From: Bacteroidales bacterium UBA4621 | GTDB taxonomy: Bacteria; Bacteroidota; Bacteroidia; Bacteroidales; Paludibacteraceae | Assembly (NCBI GenBank): GCA_002387325.1 | Contig: DGIN01000005.1 | Span: forward strand, 1 to 57,727 | DNA length: 57,727 nucleotides | Direction of reading: 5' to 3' | Part shown: piece after piece, positions 42,048 through 51,180 of the stretch | Position numbering within the stretch: the stretch's first letter is position 1 | How the letters are laid out: each line of letters opens with the position of its first letter | Made by a program: the position numbers and the translations under genes | The notes under the pieces: generated by a model | Seen by the model: only the letters and a program-made list of their open reading frames with translations | Told to the model about the DNA's origin: nothing | Database searches by the model: none

Positions 42048-44779
42048 ACGGACAGGTAATACATATAGAAAACGCTTGCACCAACAATCTGAAACATGTA
42101 AGCGTTGACATACCTCGTAATCAATTGGTCGTGATTACAGGTGTGAGCGGTAGCGGCAAGTCGTCGTTAGCGTTTGACACACTTTATGCAGAGGGACAAC
42201 GCCGCTATGTGGAGAGTCTGAGTGCCTATGCACGCCAGTTTCTCGGACGTATGCAGAAACCCGAAGTGGACAAGATAGAGGGCATTCCGCCAGCAATCGC
42301 CATCCAGCAGAAAGTGAGCAGCCATAACCCGCGTTCCACCGTGGGGACAAGCACCGAGATATACGATTATCTCAAACTCCTTTTCGCCCGTATCGGACAC
42401 ACCTACTCACCCGTTAGCGGCAAGGAAGTACGCCGCAAGAGCATACGCGATGTAGTGGATGCAATGACCTCGCAGCCGGTTGGGACACGCATCTATCTGA
42501 TTGCACCTATTGTATTAGAGAACAGGACACTGCGGGAGCAGTTGGATATATGGCAGAGCGAGGGTTTCTCCCGCCTGTTGGATAACGGCGATGTGGTGCG
42601 TTTGGGTGCTACTACCGACCAGCAGATCACTGCAAACGGACAGTTCAAAGAACACGTTTTTTTGTTGGTTGACCGTGTGGTTTCCGATGGCGAACCTGCC
42701 ACGGCAAACCGTTTTGCCGATTCCGTACAAACCGCTTTTTTTGAGGGACACGGCGAGTGCGGGCTGTACATCAACGGCAACTACGAAATGTTCTCCGAGC
42801 GTTTCGAGATGGACGGTATTCGCTTTATGGAGCCGAGCGAACATCTCTTTGATTTCAACAATCCCATAGGTGCCTGCCCTACCTGCAAAGGCTTTGGCAG
42901 TATCATTGGTATCGACCCCGATCTGGTAGTGCCGGACAAGACAAGGTCGGTCTATGACGATGCCATCGCCTGTTGGCACGGGGAGAAAATGAGTGTTTGG
43001 CGGGATCAACTTGTCTATAATGCTGCAAAGTTTGGATTTCCGATACATACTCCATTCATAGAACTCACCCCTGAACAAAAAAGACTTATCTGGACAGGGA
43101 ACGAGTATTTCCGAGGACTGAACGATTTCTTCCATGAACTGGAATCCAAACAATATGGGAAAATACAGTATCGTGTAATGCTCGCACGCTACAAGGGCAA
43201 GACCATCTGCCCCGACTGCAACGGTATGCGTTTGCGCAAAGAGGCTGAATATGTACGAGTCGGCGGCAGGAACATCGCCGAACTATGCGCTATGCCGGTT
43301 TCCGATCTGACACATTGGTTTGCCCATCTGTCGCTCAACGAGACCGAGCAGAAAACTGCCGAAATACTGCTCCACGAGATAACCTCCCGTTTGCAGTTTA
43401 TGGAAGATGTCGGACTTGGCTATCTGACACTCAGCCGTATGAGCAACACGCTTTCCGGGGGTGAGAGCCAGCGTATCTGTTTGGCAAAATCGCTTGGCAG
43501 CAGTCTGGTGGGGTCTCTCTATGTGTTGGACGAACCCTCTATCGGTCTGCACGCCCGCGATACGGAACGGCTCATTCACGTACTCAAAGAATTGCGGGAC
43601 CTCGGCAACACGATTGTAGTAGTAGAACATGACGAGGAAATTATCCAAGCCGCCGACTACATCATCGAGATTGGTCCTGCCGCAGGTATCCACGGTGGTG
43701 AAATCACCTATGTAGGCAAACCGAAGGCAGGCGAATTTGTCTATACGATCCCTGCGCAACGGCGCAAATGGAACAACTATATTGAGATACAGGGAGCGTG
43801 TGAGAACAACCTCAAGAATCTTAACGTACGTTTCCCGCTTAACGTGATGACCGTGGTTACAGGTGTGAGCGGTAGCGGGAAATCCACTCTCGTAAGCAAA
43901 ATTTTCTACCCCGCTTTGAAAAAGCACTATGGCGGAATGGCAGAACATACGGGCAGTTACTCTGCTCTCAAAGGCAGTATGCACCTTGCCACAGACATCG
44001 AGTTCGTGGATCAGAACCCGCTCAGCCGTTCTTCACGCTCCAATCCTGTTACTTATCTCAAAGCCTATGACGAGATACGCCGCTTGTTTGCCGAGCAACC
44101 GTTGAGCAAGCAACTCGGTTTCACTGCCTCTCATTTCTCATTCAACACCCCGGGCGGACGTTGCGAGATGTGTCAGGGCGAAGGCACCATCACCATCGAA
44201 ATGCAGTTTATGGCGGACATCACTCTCGAATGCGAGCAATGTCATGGCAAACGTTTCAAACAAGATGTGTTGGACGTTCACTATCGCGGCAAATCAATCT
44301 ATGACATACTGACTATGACAATCAATCAGGCTATTGACTTTTTCTCGGAAGATCCTGATTGCGAGAAGATTGTAAAACGACTCAAACCGCTGCAAGACGT
44401 AGGTATCGGTTATATCCGCTTGGGGCAGTCGAGCAGTACCCTTTCGGGCGGCGAGAGTCAGCGGGTAAAACTGGCATCGTTCCTCGCCCAAGAGGATGCA
44501 CAGCCGACTATCTTCGTTTTCGACGAACCTACTACCGGTTTGCATCACAAAGATGTACAAGTGCTGTTAAAAGCCCTTGATCAACTGATCAGCAGGGGAC
44601 ATACTGTCATTGTTATTGAGCATAACCCGAGTATGATTCTGGCGGCTGACCACGTCATCGACCTCGGTCCCGAAGGTGGGGACGAAGGAGGACATATCGT
44701 GTACGAAGGTACACCGGAAGGTTTGGCGCAATGCCAAGAAAGTTATACCGGACAATTTATAAAGAAATTATTCCATTAA
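42044..44779 (+). CDS. uvrA: excinuclease ABC subunit A paralogue (UvrA-like, zinc module 1 cysteines absent)
   Basis: 911 aa. 'ITGVSGSGKSSLAFDTLYAEGQRRYVESLSAYARQF', 'LSGGESQR' x2 and a second P-loop 'VTGVSGSGKSTL'. Zn modules 2 and 3 are present ('GACPTCKGFG', 'CPDCNGMR', 'GGRCEMCQGEG...CEQCHGKRF'). GTG start overlaps the upstream stop by 4 nt. Confidence 0.9.
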   Translation: MNGQVIHIENACTNNLKHVSVDIPRNQLVVITGVSGSGKSSLAFDTLYAEGQRRYVESLSAYARQFLGRMQKPEVDKIEGIPPAIAIQQKVSSHNPRSTVGTSTEIYDYLKLLFARIGHTYSPVSGKEVRRKSIRDVVDAMTSQPVGTRIYLIAPIVLENRTLREQLDIWQSEGFSRLLDNGDVVRLGATTDQQITANGQFKEHVFLLVDRVVSDGEPATANRFADSVQTAFFEGHGECGLYINGNYEMFSERFEMDGIRFMEPSEHLFDFNNPIGACPTCKGFGSIIGIDPDLVVPDKTRSVYDDAIACWHGEKMSVWRDQLVYNAAKFGFPIHTPFIELTPEQKRLIWTGNEYFRGLNDFFHELESKQYGKIQYRVMLARYKGKTICPDCNGMRLRKEAEYVRVGGRNIAELCAMPVSDLTHWFAHLSLNETEQKTAEILLHEITSRLQFMEDVGLGYLTLSRMSNTLSGGESQRICLAKSLGSSLVGSLYVLDEPSIGLHARDTERLIHVLKELRDLGNTIVVVEHDEEIIQAADYIIEIGPAAGIHGGEITYVGKPKAGEFVYTIPAQRRKWNNYIEIQGACENNLKNLNVRFPLNVMTVVTGVSGSGKSTLVSKIFYPALKKHYGGMAEHTGSYSALKGSMHLATDIEFVDQNPLSRSSRSNPVTYLKAYDEIRRLFAEQPLSKQLGFTASHFSFNTPGGRCEMCQGEGTITIEMQFMADITLECEQCHGKRFKQDVLDVHYRGKSIYDILTMTINQAIDFFSEDPDCEKIVKRLKPLQDVGIGYIRLGQSSSTLSGGESQRVKLASFLAQEDAQPTIFVFDEPTTGLHHKDVQVLLKALDQLISRGHTVIVIEHNPSMILAADHVIDLGPEGGDEGGHIVYEGTPEGLAQCQESYTGQFIKKLFH

Positions 44780-44796
44780 CAGTTAAATTCAGCATT

Positions 44797-46758
44797 ATGA
44801 ATGAAAAATTAAATGAATTACACAACTCTGATGTCTTTTCACATCTCGCCTCTGCCAATTATCTGCCACGCTGGTGTGTATTGTTGATTGATGTTTTGTT
44901 ATGTTCGATTGCTTATTGGGTCAGTATATTGATTGGCAACGGTATCTTTTCTTATGGGTTTGTGTGCAGTGGTGTATTGCCCTTTGGAACACAGTATGCT
45001 ATTTTGACAGGCATACAGATACTTTGTTTTTGGCTGTTTCATTCCTATTCGGGTATCCTGCGTTACTCTACATTTATTGATACTATCAAGTGTCTGCTTG
45101 CTATACTTACTTGCGGTGGTTCGTTGTTGGTTTTCAATATAGTGTTTGCCACCATTACCGGTAACAAACTGTTTCTCAATACAGCGTTGGTTATTTATAC
45201 TCCCATCGCTTTCATATTCCTTTTTGCCTTGCGCGTCAGTGTCAAAACACTGTACGAATTTATCCGCCACCACGCTTCCGGTACAAAGAGGGTAATGATC
45301 TGGGGTACCAAGTCCGCCGGTATTGCCATTGCCAAAATGCTCCGTAGTGCCGGTGATGCAGCCCAGTATTGTCCTGTCGGTTTTTTAGGAAACAAAGAAG
45401 ACAAAAATGATAGTCAACATAGTTTGGTCGGACTGAAAGTTTTTCCGTTCAATGACAAGACTTTCAAATGGATGAAAGACCACAATGTCCACGATGTGAT
45501 TATCTCGCCGCTCAAAATGCGGGCTATCAATCCGTCCAAAGATCTGCAGGTATTCTTTGATAATGGTCTGCACGTCCTGACCACTCCCTATTTCACACAA
45601 TTTGATAATATGGAAGAGGTGGACAACCAGCGTATCGGACGTATTGAGAACATCCAGATAGAAGATTTGTTGGAGCGTCCCGCTATCCATATCAATACTG
45701 ATAATGTATTGCAAATCATACAAAACCGTGTGGTATTGGTTACCGGCGCAGCAGGCAGCATTGGTTCGGAATTGGTTCGGCAAGTGCAGAAATACCAACC
45801 GAAAATAACCATTCTTCTGGAGCAGGCGGAATCGCCCTTGCACGACCTGACACTTGATTTGAGAAAACAGTTTCCCGATGCACAGTTTGTACCGGTCATT
45901 GCCGACATCCGCAACCGTGAACGGTTGGAAGAGGTGTTCAACCAGTTCCACCCCGCAGTGGTCTATCATGCTGCCGCCTACAAACATGTGCCGCTGATGG
46001 AGTTGCACCCCAACGAGGCGATACGCGCCAATGTCATGGGTACGAAAAATATGGCGGATATGGCAGTCAAATACGGTGTGGAGCGTTTTGTAATGATTAG
46101 CACCGACAAAGCGGTGAACCCGACCAATATCATGGGTGCCAGCAAGCGTATTGCCGAGATTTATGTACAATCGCTCTTCAAGAAACTCGTAAAGGAAAAC
46201 CCGGATTGTACCAAATTCATCACTACCCGTTTCGGCAACGTACTCGGTAGCAATGGTTCGGTCATTCCGTATTTCAAAAAACAGATTGCCGCAGGCGGAC
46301 CGGTTACGGTTACCCACCCCGACATCATCCGTTATTTTATGACTATCCCCGAGGCGTGCTGTCTCGTAATGGAAGCCTCTACGCTCGGCAACGGCGGCGA
46401 GATATTCGTCTTCGATATGGGACACCCCGTGAAAATACTCGACCTTGCCAAAAATATGATTCGACTTGCCGGTTTCATCCCCGGCGAGGAAATACCGATT
46501 GTCTTCACAGGTCTGCGCCCCGGCGAGAAACTCTACGAGGAACTGCTCAACCAAAAGGAGACCACCCTGCCCACTTCCAACGAGAAGATTATGGTGGCAC
46601 GGGTGCGTGAGTTTGAATTCGATGAGGTTTCCAAGAACATAGACTCGCTCATTGACTTGACCACTAAAAACAAACCATTTCTCACCGTACAACTTATGAA
46701 AGAGATTGTGCCGGAATATATCAGCAACAACTCCATATTTGAGAAGTTAGACAAATAA
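44797..46758 (+). CDS. membrane-bound polysaccharide biosynthesis protein, CapD/WbpM/PglF-like NDP-sugar 4,6-dehydratase
   Basis: 4-5 N-terminal TM helices, Rossmann 'VLVTGAAGSIGSEL', 'HAAAYKHVPLME', 'STDKAVNPTNIMGASKR'. I place the start at MNEKLNEL (44797), after the uvrA stop. The ORF-track start is 44731. Confidence 0.88.
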   Translation: MNEKLNELHNSDVFSHLASANYLPRWCVLLIDVLLCSIAYWVSILIGNGIFSYGFVCSGVLPFGTQYAILTGIQILCFWLFHSYSGILRYSTFIDTIKCLLAILTCGGSLLVFNIVFATITGNKLFLNTALVIYTPIAFIFLFALRVSVKTLYEFIRHHASGTKRVMIWGTKSAGIAIAKMLRSAGDAAQYCPVGFLGNKEDKNDSQHSLVGLKVFPFNDKTFKWMKDHNVHDVIISPLKMRAINPSKDLQVFFDNGLHVLTTPYFTQFDNMEEVDNQRIGRIENIQIEDLLERPAIHINTDNVLQIIQNRVVLVTGAAGSIGSELVRQVQKYQPKITILLEQAESPLHDLTLDLRKQFPDAQFVPVIADIRNRERLEEVFNQFHPAVVYHAAAYKHVPLMELHPNEAIRANVMGTKNMADMAVKYGVERFVMISTDKAVNPTNIMGASKRIAEIYVQSLFKKLVKENPDCTKFITTRFGNVLGSNGSVIPYFKKQIAAGGPVTVTHPDIIRYFMTIPEACCLVMEASTLGNGGEIFVFDMGHPVKILDLAKNMIRLAGFIPGEEIPIVFTGLRPGEKLYEELLNQKETTLPTSNEKIMVARVREFEFDEVSKNIDSLIDLTTKNKPFLTVQLMKEIVPEYISNNSIFEKLDK

Positions 46759-46820
46759 AATCTTTCGCTGTAACACCGATAAATTTACATATACGGTGTG
46801 TAATGCACGGAATAGAAAAA

Positions 46821-48614
46821 ATGCTTAGTGTAGAACACTTATCCATAGAATTTTCTTCCCACCCCGTTCTGGAAGACATATCCTTTATGATCAACAAAAA
46901 GGATCGTATAGCCCTTGTAGGCAAGAACGGTGCGGGCAAGAGTACACTCCTGCGCCTTGTGGCAGGCGAATATCAGCCGACTTCGGGGCGTATCTCGCGC
47001 GACTCGGATATGACGATCGGTTATCTCCCGCAAGTGATGATGCACATCGACGGCAAGACGCTCCGAGAGGATGTGATGAGCGTGTTTGACGGCGAACCCG
47101 ATGAGGAGAAAGCCCGCCGCATCGCCGAGATGGACAGAACCATCATCGGTCTCGGTTTTGAGCGCAAAGACTTTGACCGCCCCTGCTCCGAGTTCTCCGG
47201 GGGGTGGCGTATGCGTATCGAATTGGCTAAGATTCTACTCCGCCACCCAGACCTGCTTCTTCTTGATGAGCCGACCAACCACTTGGATATAGAGTCTATC
47301 CAGTGGCTCGAAGACTTTCTGAAATCTTCACAAAGCGCTATTCTGTTAGTTAGCCACGACAAGAAGTTTATTGACAACGTTACGAACCGCACCATCGAGA
47401 TTACTCTCGGGCGTATCTACGACTACAATGTCAATTACTCCCGCTTCCTTGAACTGCGCAAGGAACGCCACGAGCAGCAGGTACGCGCCTACCTCAATCA
47501 GCAAAAGATGATTCAGGAGACCGAGGACTTTATCGAGCGTTTCCGTTACAAAGCGACCAAGGCGGTGCAGGTGCAGTCGCGTATCAAACAACTGGAAAAA
47601 CTGGAGCGTCTGGAAGTGGATTTGGAAGATACATCACGTCTCAGCCTCCGTTTTCCTCCTGCTCCCCGAAGCGGTGATTTCCCGCTGATCGTGGAGGACT
47701 TGCGCAAAGATTTCGGCAACCATACCGTCTTCTCCGATGTTACGTTTACCATCCGCCGCGGCGAGAAAGTGGCGTTTGTCGGCAAGAACGGCGAGGGTAA
47801 ATCGACCCTTGTCAAATGTATTATGGGGCAACTCGACTATATGGGTACGCTCAAAATCGGGCATAACGTCAAGATCGGTTATTTTGCACAGAATCAGGCA
47901 GCGTTATTAGATGGGGAATTGACGGTTTTTGATACGATAGACCGTGTGGCGGTAGGCGATATCCGCACCAAGATACGTGATATTCTCGGCGCATTTATGT
48001 TCGGCGGAGAGGCTTCGGAAAAGAAAGTGAAGGTGCTTTCCGGCGGCGAGCGAAGCCGTTTGGCAATGATTCGTCTGCTTTTGGAGCCATGCAATCTGCT
48101 TATTCTCGACGAGCCGACCAACCACCTTGATATGCAGTCCAAAGATGTACTGAAAGCCGCCTTGCAGGACTTCAACGGCACCGTCATCTGCGTCAGCCAC
48201 GACCGTGATTTCCTCGACGGGTTAGTCAGCAAAGTCTATGAGTTCGGTGGCGGGAAAGTGCGTGAACACCTTGGGGGCATCTACGATTTTCTGCAATCGA
48301 AAAAGATTGACAGTTTGCAGGAATTAGAGAAGAAAAATCAGGAAACCAAGCAACCGACCAATGCGGACAAAACAGGAGCCGGTTCGGCAGCGGACTATGC
48401 GGCGCAGAAAGCCGAAGCCGCAGCCCGCAGGAAAAAGGAGAAACAGATTGCGGAAACCGAAGCCTATATCGCCAAGTTGGAGGCAGAGCAGAAGCAGTTG
48501 GAGACACTAATGTCCGATCCGGCACAACAGACACAGGAGAATTTCCAACGCTACGAACACCTCAAACGCGAGATCGAGCAGAAAATGTACGAGTGGGAGA
48601 TACTAAGTGAGTAA
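46821..48614 (+). CDS. ABC-F family ATPase (translation-factor type, no TM domain)
   Basis: Two ABC cassettes: 'GKNGAGKST'/'FSGGWRMR'/'LLLDEPTNHLD' and 'GKNGEGKST'/'LSGGERSR'/'LILDEPTNHLD', plus a K/E-rich coiled-coil tail. Start at MLSVEHL (46821) preferred; ATG at 46803 is also possible. Confidence 0.9.
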   Translation: MLSVEHLSIEFSSHPVLEDISFMINKKDRIALVGKNGAGKSTLLRLVAGEYQPTSGRISRDSDMTIGYLPQVMMHIDGKTLREDVMSVFDGEPDEEKARRIAEMDRTIIGLGFERKDFDRPCSEFSGGWRMRIELAKILLRHPDLLLLDEPTNHLDIESIQWLEDFLKSSQSAILLVSHDKKFIDNVTNRTIEITLGRIYDYNVNYSRFLELRKERHEQQVRAYLNQQKMIQETEDFIERFRYKATKAVQVQSRIKQLEKLERLEVDLEDTSRLSLRFPPAPRSGDFPLIVEDLRKDFGNHTVFSDVTFTIRRGEKVAFVGKNGEGKSTLVKCIMGQLDYMGTLKIGHNVKIGYFAQNQAALLDGELTVFDTIDRVAVGDIRTKIRDILGAFMFGGEASEKKVKVLSGGERSRLAMIRLLLEPCNLLILDEPTNHLDMQSKDVLKAALQDFNGTVICVSHDRDFLDGLVSKVYEFGGGKVREHLGGIYDFLQSKKIDSLQELEKKNQETKQPTNADKTGAGSAADYAAQKAEAAARRKKEKQIAETEAYIAKLEAEQKQLETLMSDPAQQTQENFQRYEHLKREIEQKMYEWEILSE

Positions 48615-48814
48615 TTATGAATTATGAATGGGATTGCTATCCTCAGGGTAACCACAGGGAAAGAACAGGGAGAAAAAGCATATAATTCCTAATTTTTCAT
48701 TCATCATTCATAATTAAAAAGTAAGGTGGATGTAAGGAGGATATAAGGTGGATAGACTTTTTAACATATCTATCCTATAACCATCCTATAACGATCCTAT
48801 AACGATCCTATAAC
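48615..48814. repeat. composite intergenic module: GAATTAT/GAATGGG (48619-48632), CAGGG-type 11-mers x3 (48652-48684), inverted GAAT-type words (48686-48718), AAGG(T/A)GGATNT x3 (48723-48755), NATCCTATAAC x4 (48771-48814)
   Basis: Read directly. Parallels 39046-39237 block for block. Confidence 0.9.
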
Positions 48815-48904
48815 AAAACGAGCAAAGAATTAACGGTTAAATTAACTAAGTTTTTTAATGGTCGTTTAATGGTTTTTAATAGATAAAATCTTTTTACGGA
48901 GAAT

Positions 48905-50101
48905 ATGGACGACATAATCGAATACATCAAGTCGTTTCTCCTCTACGGAGACACCACGATGACGCAGCACATCGGCTACACCGCCGACGAGTCGCTTTGG
49001 TCGCGCTACAAAGTGGTTATCGTGCCTTGCGGGCATCTCGGCAAAGATCCGGTTTTGCCCGATATGGAGCACCCCGTAGTGGAGCAAACGGGCAAGACGT
49101 TTGTTGTCCGCACCGACCTCATCTACAACACGTTTTTCTTTATCTCCCGTGCGGAGGAACTGCTCAATCCGCAGCGCGACGAACACGGACGTTTTGCCGC
49201 CCGTTTCTCTATTCTCGGGCAAGGCAACAACCTCGAGATACCGCTCGTGGACGAGTACGCGCGTATCTTGATGAAGTTGCTTGAAATGGATATGCCCCAA
49301 CCACACTATTCGCATATCTATCTTACCCACGACATTGATATCCTTGACTATTATCGCCACCTGCGCGGGGCTTTGGGCGGAATCCGCCGTGGACACTGGC
49401 ACGATGTGCTGTCCTCGTGGCAGGACATTCACCACGACCCCGCCTATACATTTCCGTGGCTCATAGAACAGGACGCTAAAGTGCCGACTGCCGATGTAAT
49501 TTATTTTATAAAGCACACTGGAGGCAAAGGCTTCGACTATCCGCAATACAATACTAACGGACACGATTTCAATCAATTGGCTGACAGCCTCAGCCACTCC
49601 GGTGCACGTTTGGGACTTCATTCGAGTTACTACGGTTTGCCCGCGGAGGGCAAGCAGGCGGACTATTTCCGCACCATTCTCGCCCCTGCCTGCCCGCTCC
49701 ACCGCAGCCATTATCTGCGTTGCTCTATCGACAATATGCAACGCCTCGCCGACCTCGGTTACACCGACGACTTCACTATGGCGTTCCCCGACCGTGCGGG
49801 TTTCCGTCTCCAGACCACCCGTCCCGTGCGGTGGATTAACCCCAAGACGCTGACGCTCACCCCGCTTACCCTCCACCCGCTCACACTGATGGACTGCACG
49901 CTGAGCAACAGCAACTATATGAACCTCTCCGAAGACGAAGCCTACTTCTTCTCGGAACAACTCCTCGACCGTGTCCGCCAGCACGCCGGCGAAGTAACGC
50001 TGCTATGGCATAACAGCATTTTCAATTCCGCAACTTATCATATTTCACTATATCAAAAACTTCTGAAAGGTCTGCGCCATTATACCAACCATCCGCAATG
50101 A
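48905..50101 (+). CDS. hypothetical protein, possibly polysaccharide-deacetylase-like (CE4-superfamily relative)
   Basis: 398 aa. 'IYLTHDIDIL', 'LGLHSSYY' and 'HRSHYLR' resemble divergent polysaccharide deacetylase (WalW/DUF7033-associated) motifs from memory. First gene of an overlapping six-gene operon. The 372-aa antisense ORF is rejected. Confidence 0.45.
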   Translation: MDDIIEYIKSFLLYGDTTMTQHIGYTADESLWSRYKVVIVPCGHLGKDPVLPDMEHPVVEQTGKTFVVRTDLIYNTFFFISRAEELLNPQRDEHGRFAARFSILGQGNNLEIPLVDEYARILMKLLEMDMPQPHYSHIYLTHDIDILDYYRHLRGALGGIRRGHWHDVLSSWQDIHHDPAYTFPWLIEQDAKVPTADVIYFIKHTGGKGFDYPQYNTNGHDFNQLADSLSHSGARLGLHSSYYGLPAEGKQADYFRTILAPACPLHRSHYLRCSIDNMQRLADLGYTDDFTMAFPDRAGFRLQTTRPVRWINPKTLTLTPLTLHPLTLMDCTLSNSNYMNLSEDEAYFFSEQLLDRVRQHAGEVTLLWHNSIFNSATYHISLYQKLLKGLRHYTNHPQ

Positions 50102-51180
50102 GACTCATTACTATCATAGGTGCCCGTCCGCAGTTTGTGAAAGCCGCAATGGTCAGCCATGCTATACAAGTTCACAATGCACACTCTTCTTTACAAATAG
50201 AAGAGCGCATTTTGCATACGGGGCAGCACTATGATTACAATATGAGTCGTATATTCTTCGACGAATTGCATATTCCCGCCCCCGTATGGCACTTGGGCAG
50301 TGGCAATAATGTAGAGGAAATGAAACAAGCGATTGTGCCGATTATTCGGGGCAATGCCGATTATATTCTTGTATATGGCGATACCAATTCCACTTTGGCG
50401 GGAGCGTTGGCAGCGGAAGAATGTCGTATTCCTCTTATCCATATAGAAGCGGGATTACGCAGCCACAATATGCAAATGGCGGAGGAATACAACCGCATTG
50501 AGACCGACAAACGCTCACAAATACTCTTTTGCCCGACCCATACGGCGGTGGAAAACCTGCGCACGGAAGGAATTACACAAAACATCTACCATGTGGGCGA
50601 TGTGATGTACGATGCGGCACTTACTTTCGGAGACATAGCCGATAATCAGTCGCACATATTGTCCGATTTGACCTTGGCGGACAAACAATATCTGTTAGCC
50701 ACGGTGCATCGGGCAGAAAATACTGGCTCGGCATCCACCCTGTTGGCTATATTCCGCGCCTTGGAACAACTTCCTATGCCCGTTGTTTTGCCATTACACC
50801 CGCGCACAAAACACGTGTTAGAATCAGATGCAGCCCTATCCGCTTTTGTAGATGGTGCAAAGAATATACATATCATAGAGCCTGTTAGTTACATCAATAT
50901 GGTGATGTTGGAGAAGCATACTTTTCGTATTCTGACAGACTCTGGCGGGGTACAGAAAGAAGCCTGTTTCCATCATGTGCCGTGTATCACACTCCGCAAC
51001 GAAACAGAATGGGTTGAAACCCTGCAAGCGCATTGGAATATCCTTGCCGGTATTACCACACAAGGTATTTTGGATGCGTACAAAACCTCTCTTACACCTA
51101 CCCGGACTTCTATTACCGAATACGGTAACGGACATTCCGCCGAAACCATCATTGATATATTATGCCAAAACGAATATTGA
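50098..51180 (+). CDS. wecB: UDP-N-acetylglucosamine 2-epimerase (non-hydrolysing)
   Basis: 360 aa. 'IIGARPQFVKAA', 'GDTNSTLAGALAA', 'HIEAGLRS', 'TDSGGVQKEA'. ATGA overlap with the upstream gene. Confidence 0.9.
   Translation: MRLITIIGARPQFVKAAMVSHAIQVHNAHSSLQIEERILHTGQHYDYNMSRIFFDELHIPAPVWHLGSGNNVEEMKQAIVPIIRGNADYILVYGDTNSTLAGALAAEECRIPLIHIEAGLRSHNMQMAEEYNRIETDKRSQILFCPTHTAVENLRTEGITQNIYHVGDVMYDAALTFGDIADNQSHILSDLTLADKQYLLATVHRAENTGSASTLLAIFRALEQLPMPVVLPLHPRTKHVLESDAALSAFVDGAKNIHIIEPVSYINMVMLEKHTFRILTDSGGVQKEACFHHVPCITLRNETEWVETLQAHWNILAGITTQGILDAYKTSLTPTRTSITEYGNGHSAETIIDILCQNEY

Noticed and set aside
45385-46692. 435-aa minus-strand ORF inside the CapD-like gene. Similar long antisense or alternative-frame ORFs occur at 3511-4272, 5080-5775, 10553-11323, 16500-17195, 18885-19544, 28095-29102, 29750-30397, 34472-35176, 35210-36007, 39280-40077, 42515-43153 and 43283-43984.
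   Set aside because: Each fully overlaps a gene with strong family motifs on the other strand or frame. None has a recognisable motif, signal peptide or independent intergenic context. They are shadow ORFs.
48866-49984. 372-aa minus-strand ORF antisense to the first gene of the glycan operon
   Set aside because: Its composition is R/V/G/E-rich and motif-free, as expected for the antisense frame of a GC-rich gene. The plus-strand frame has plausible motifs and 4-nt translational coupling to wecB.
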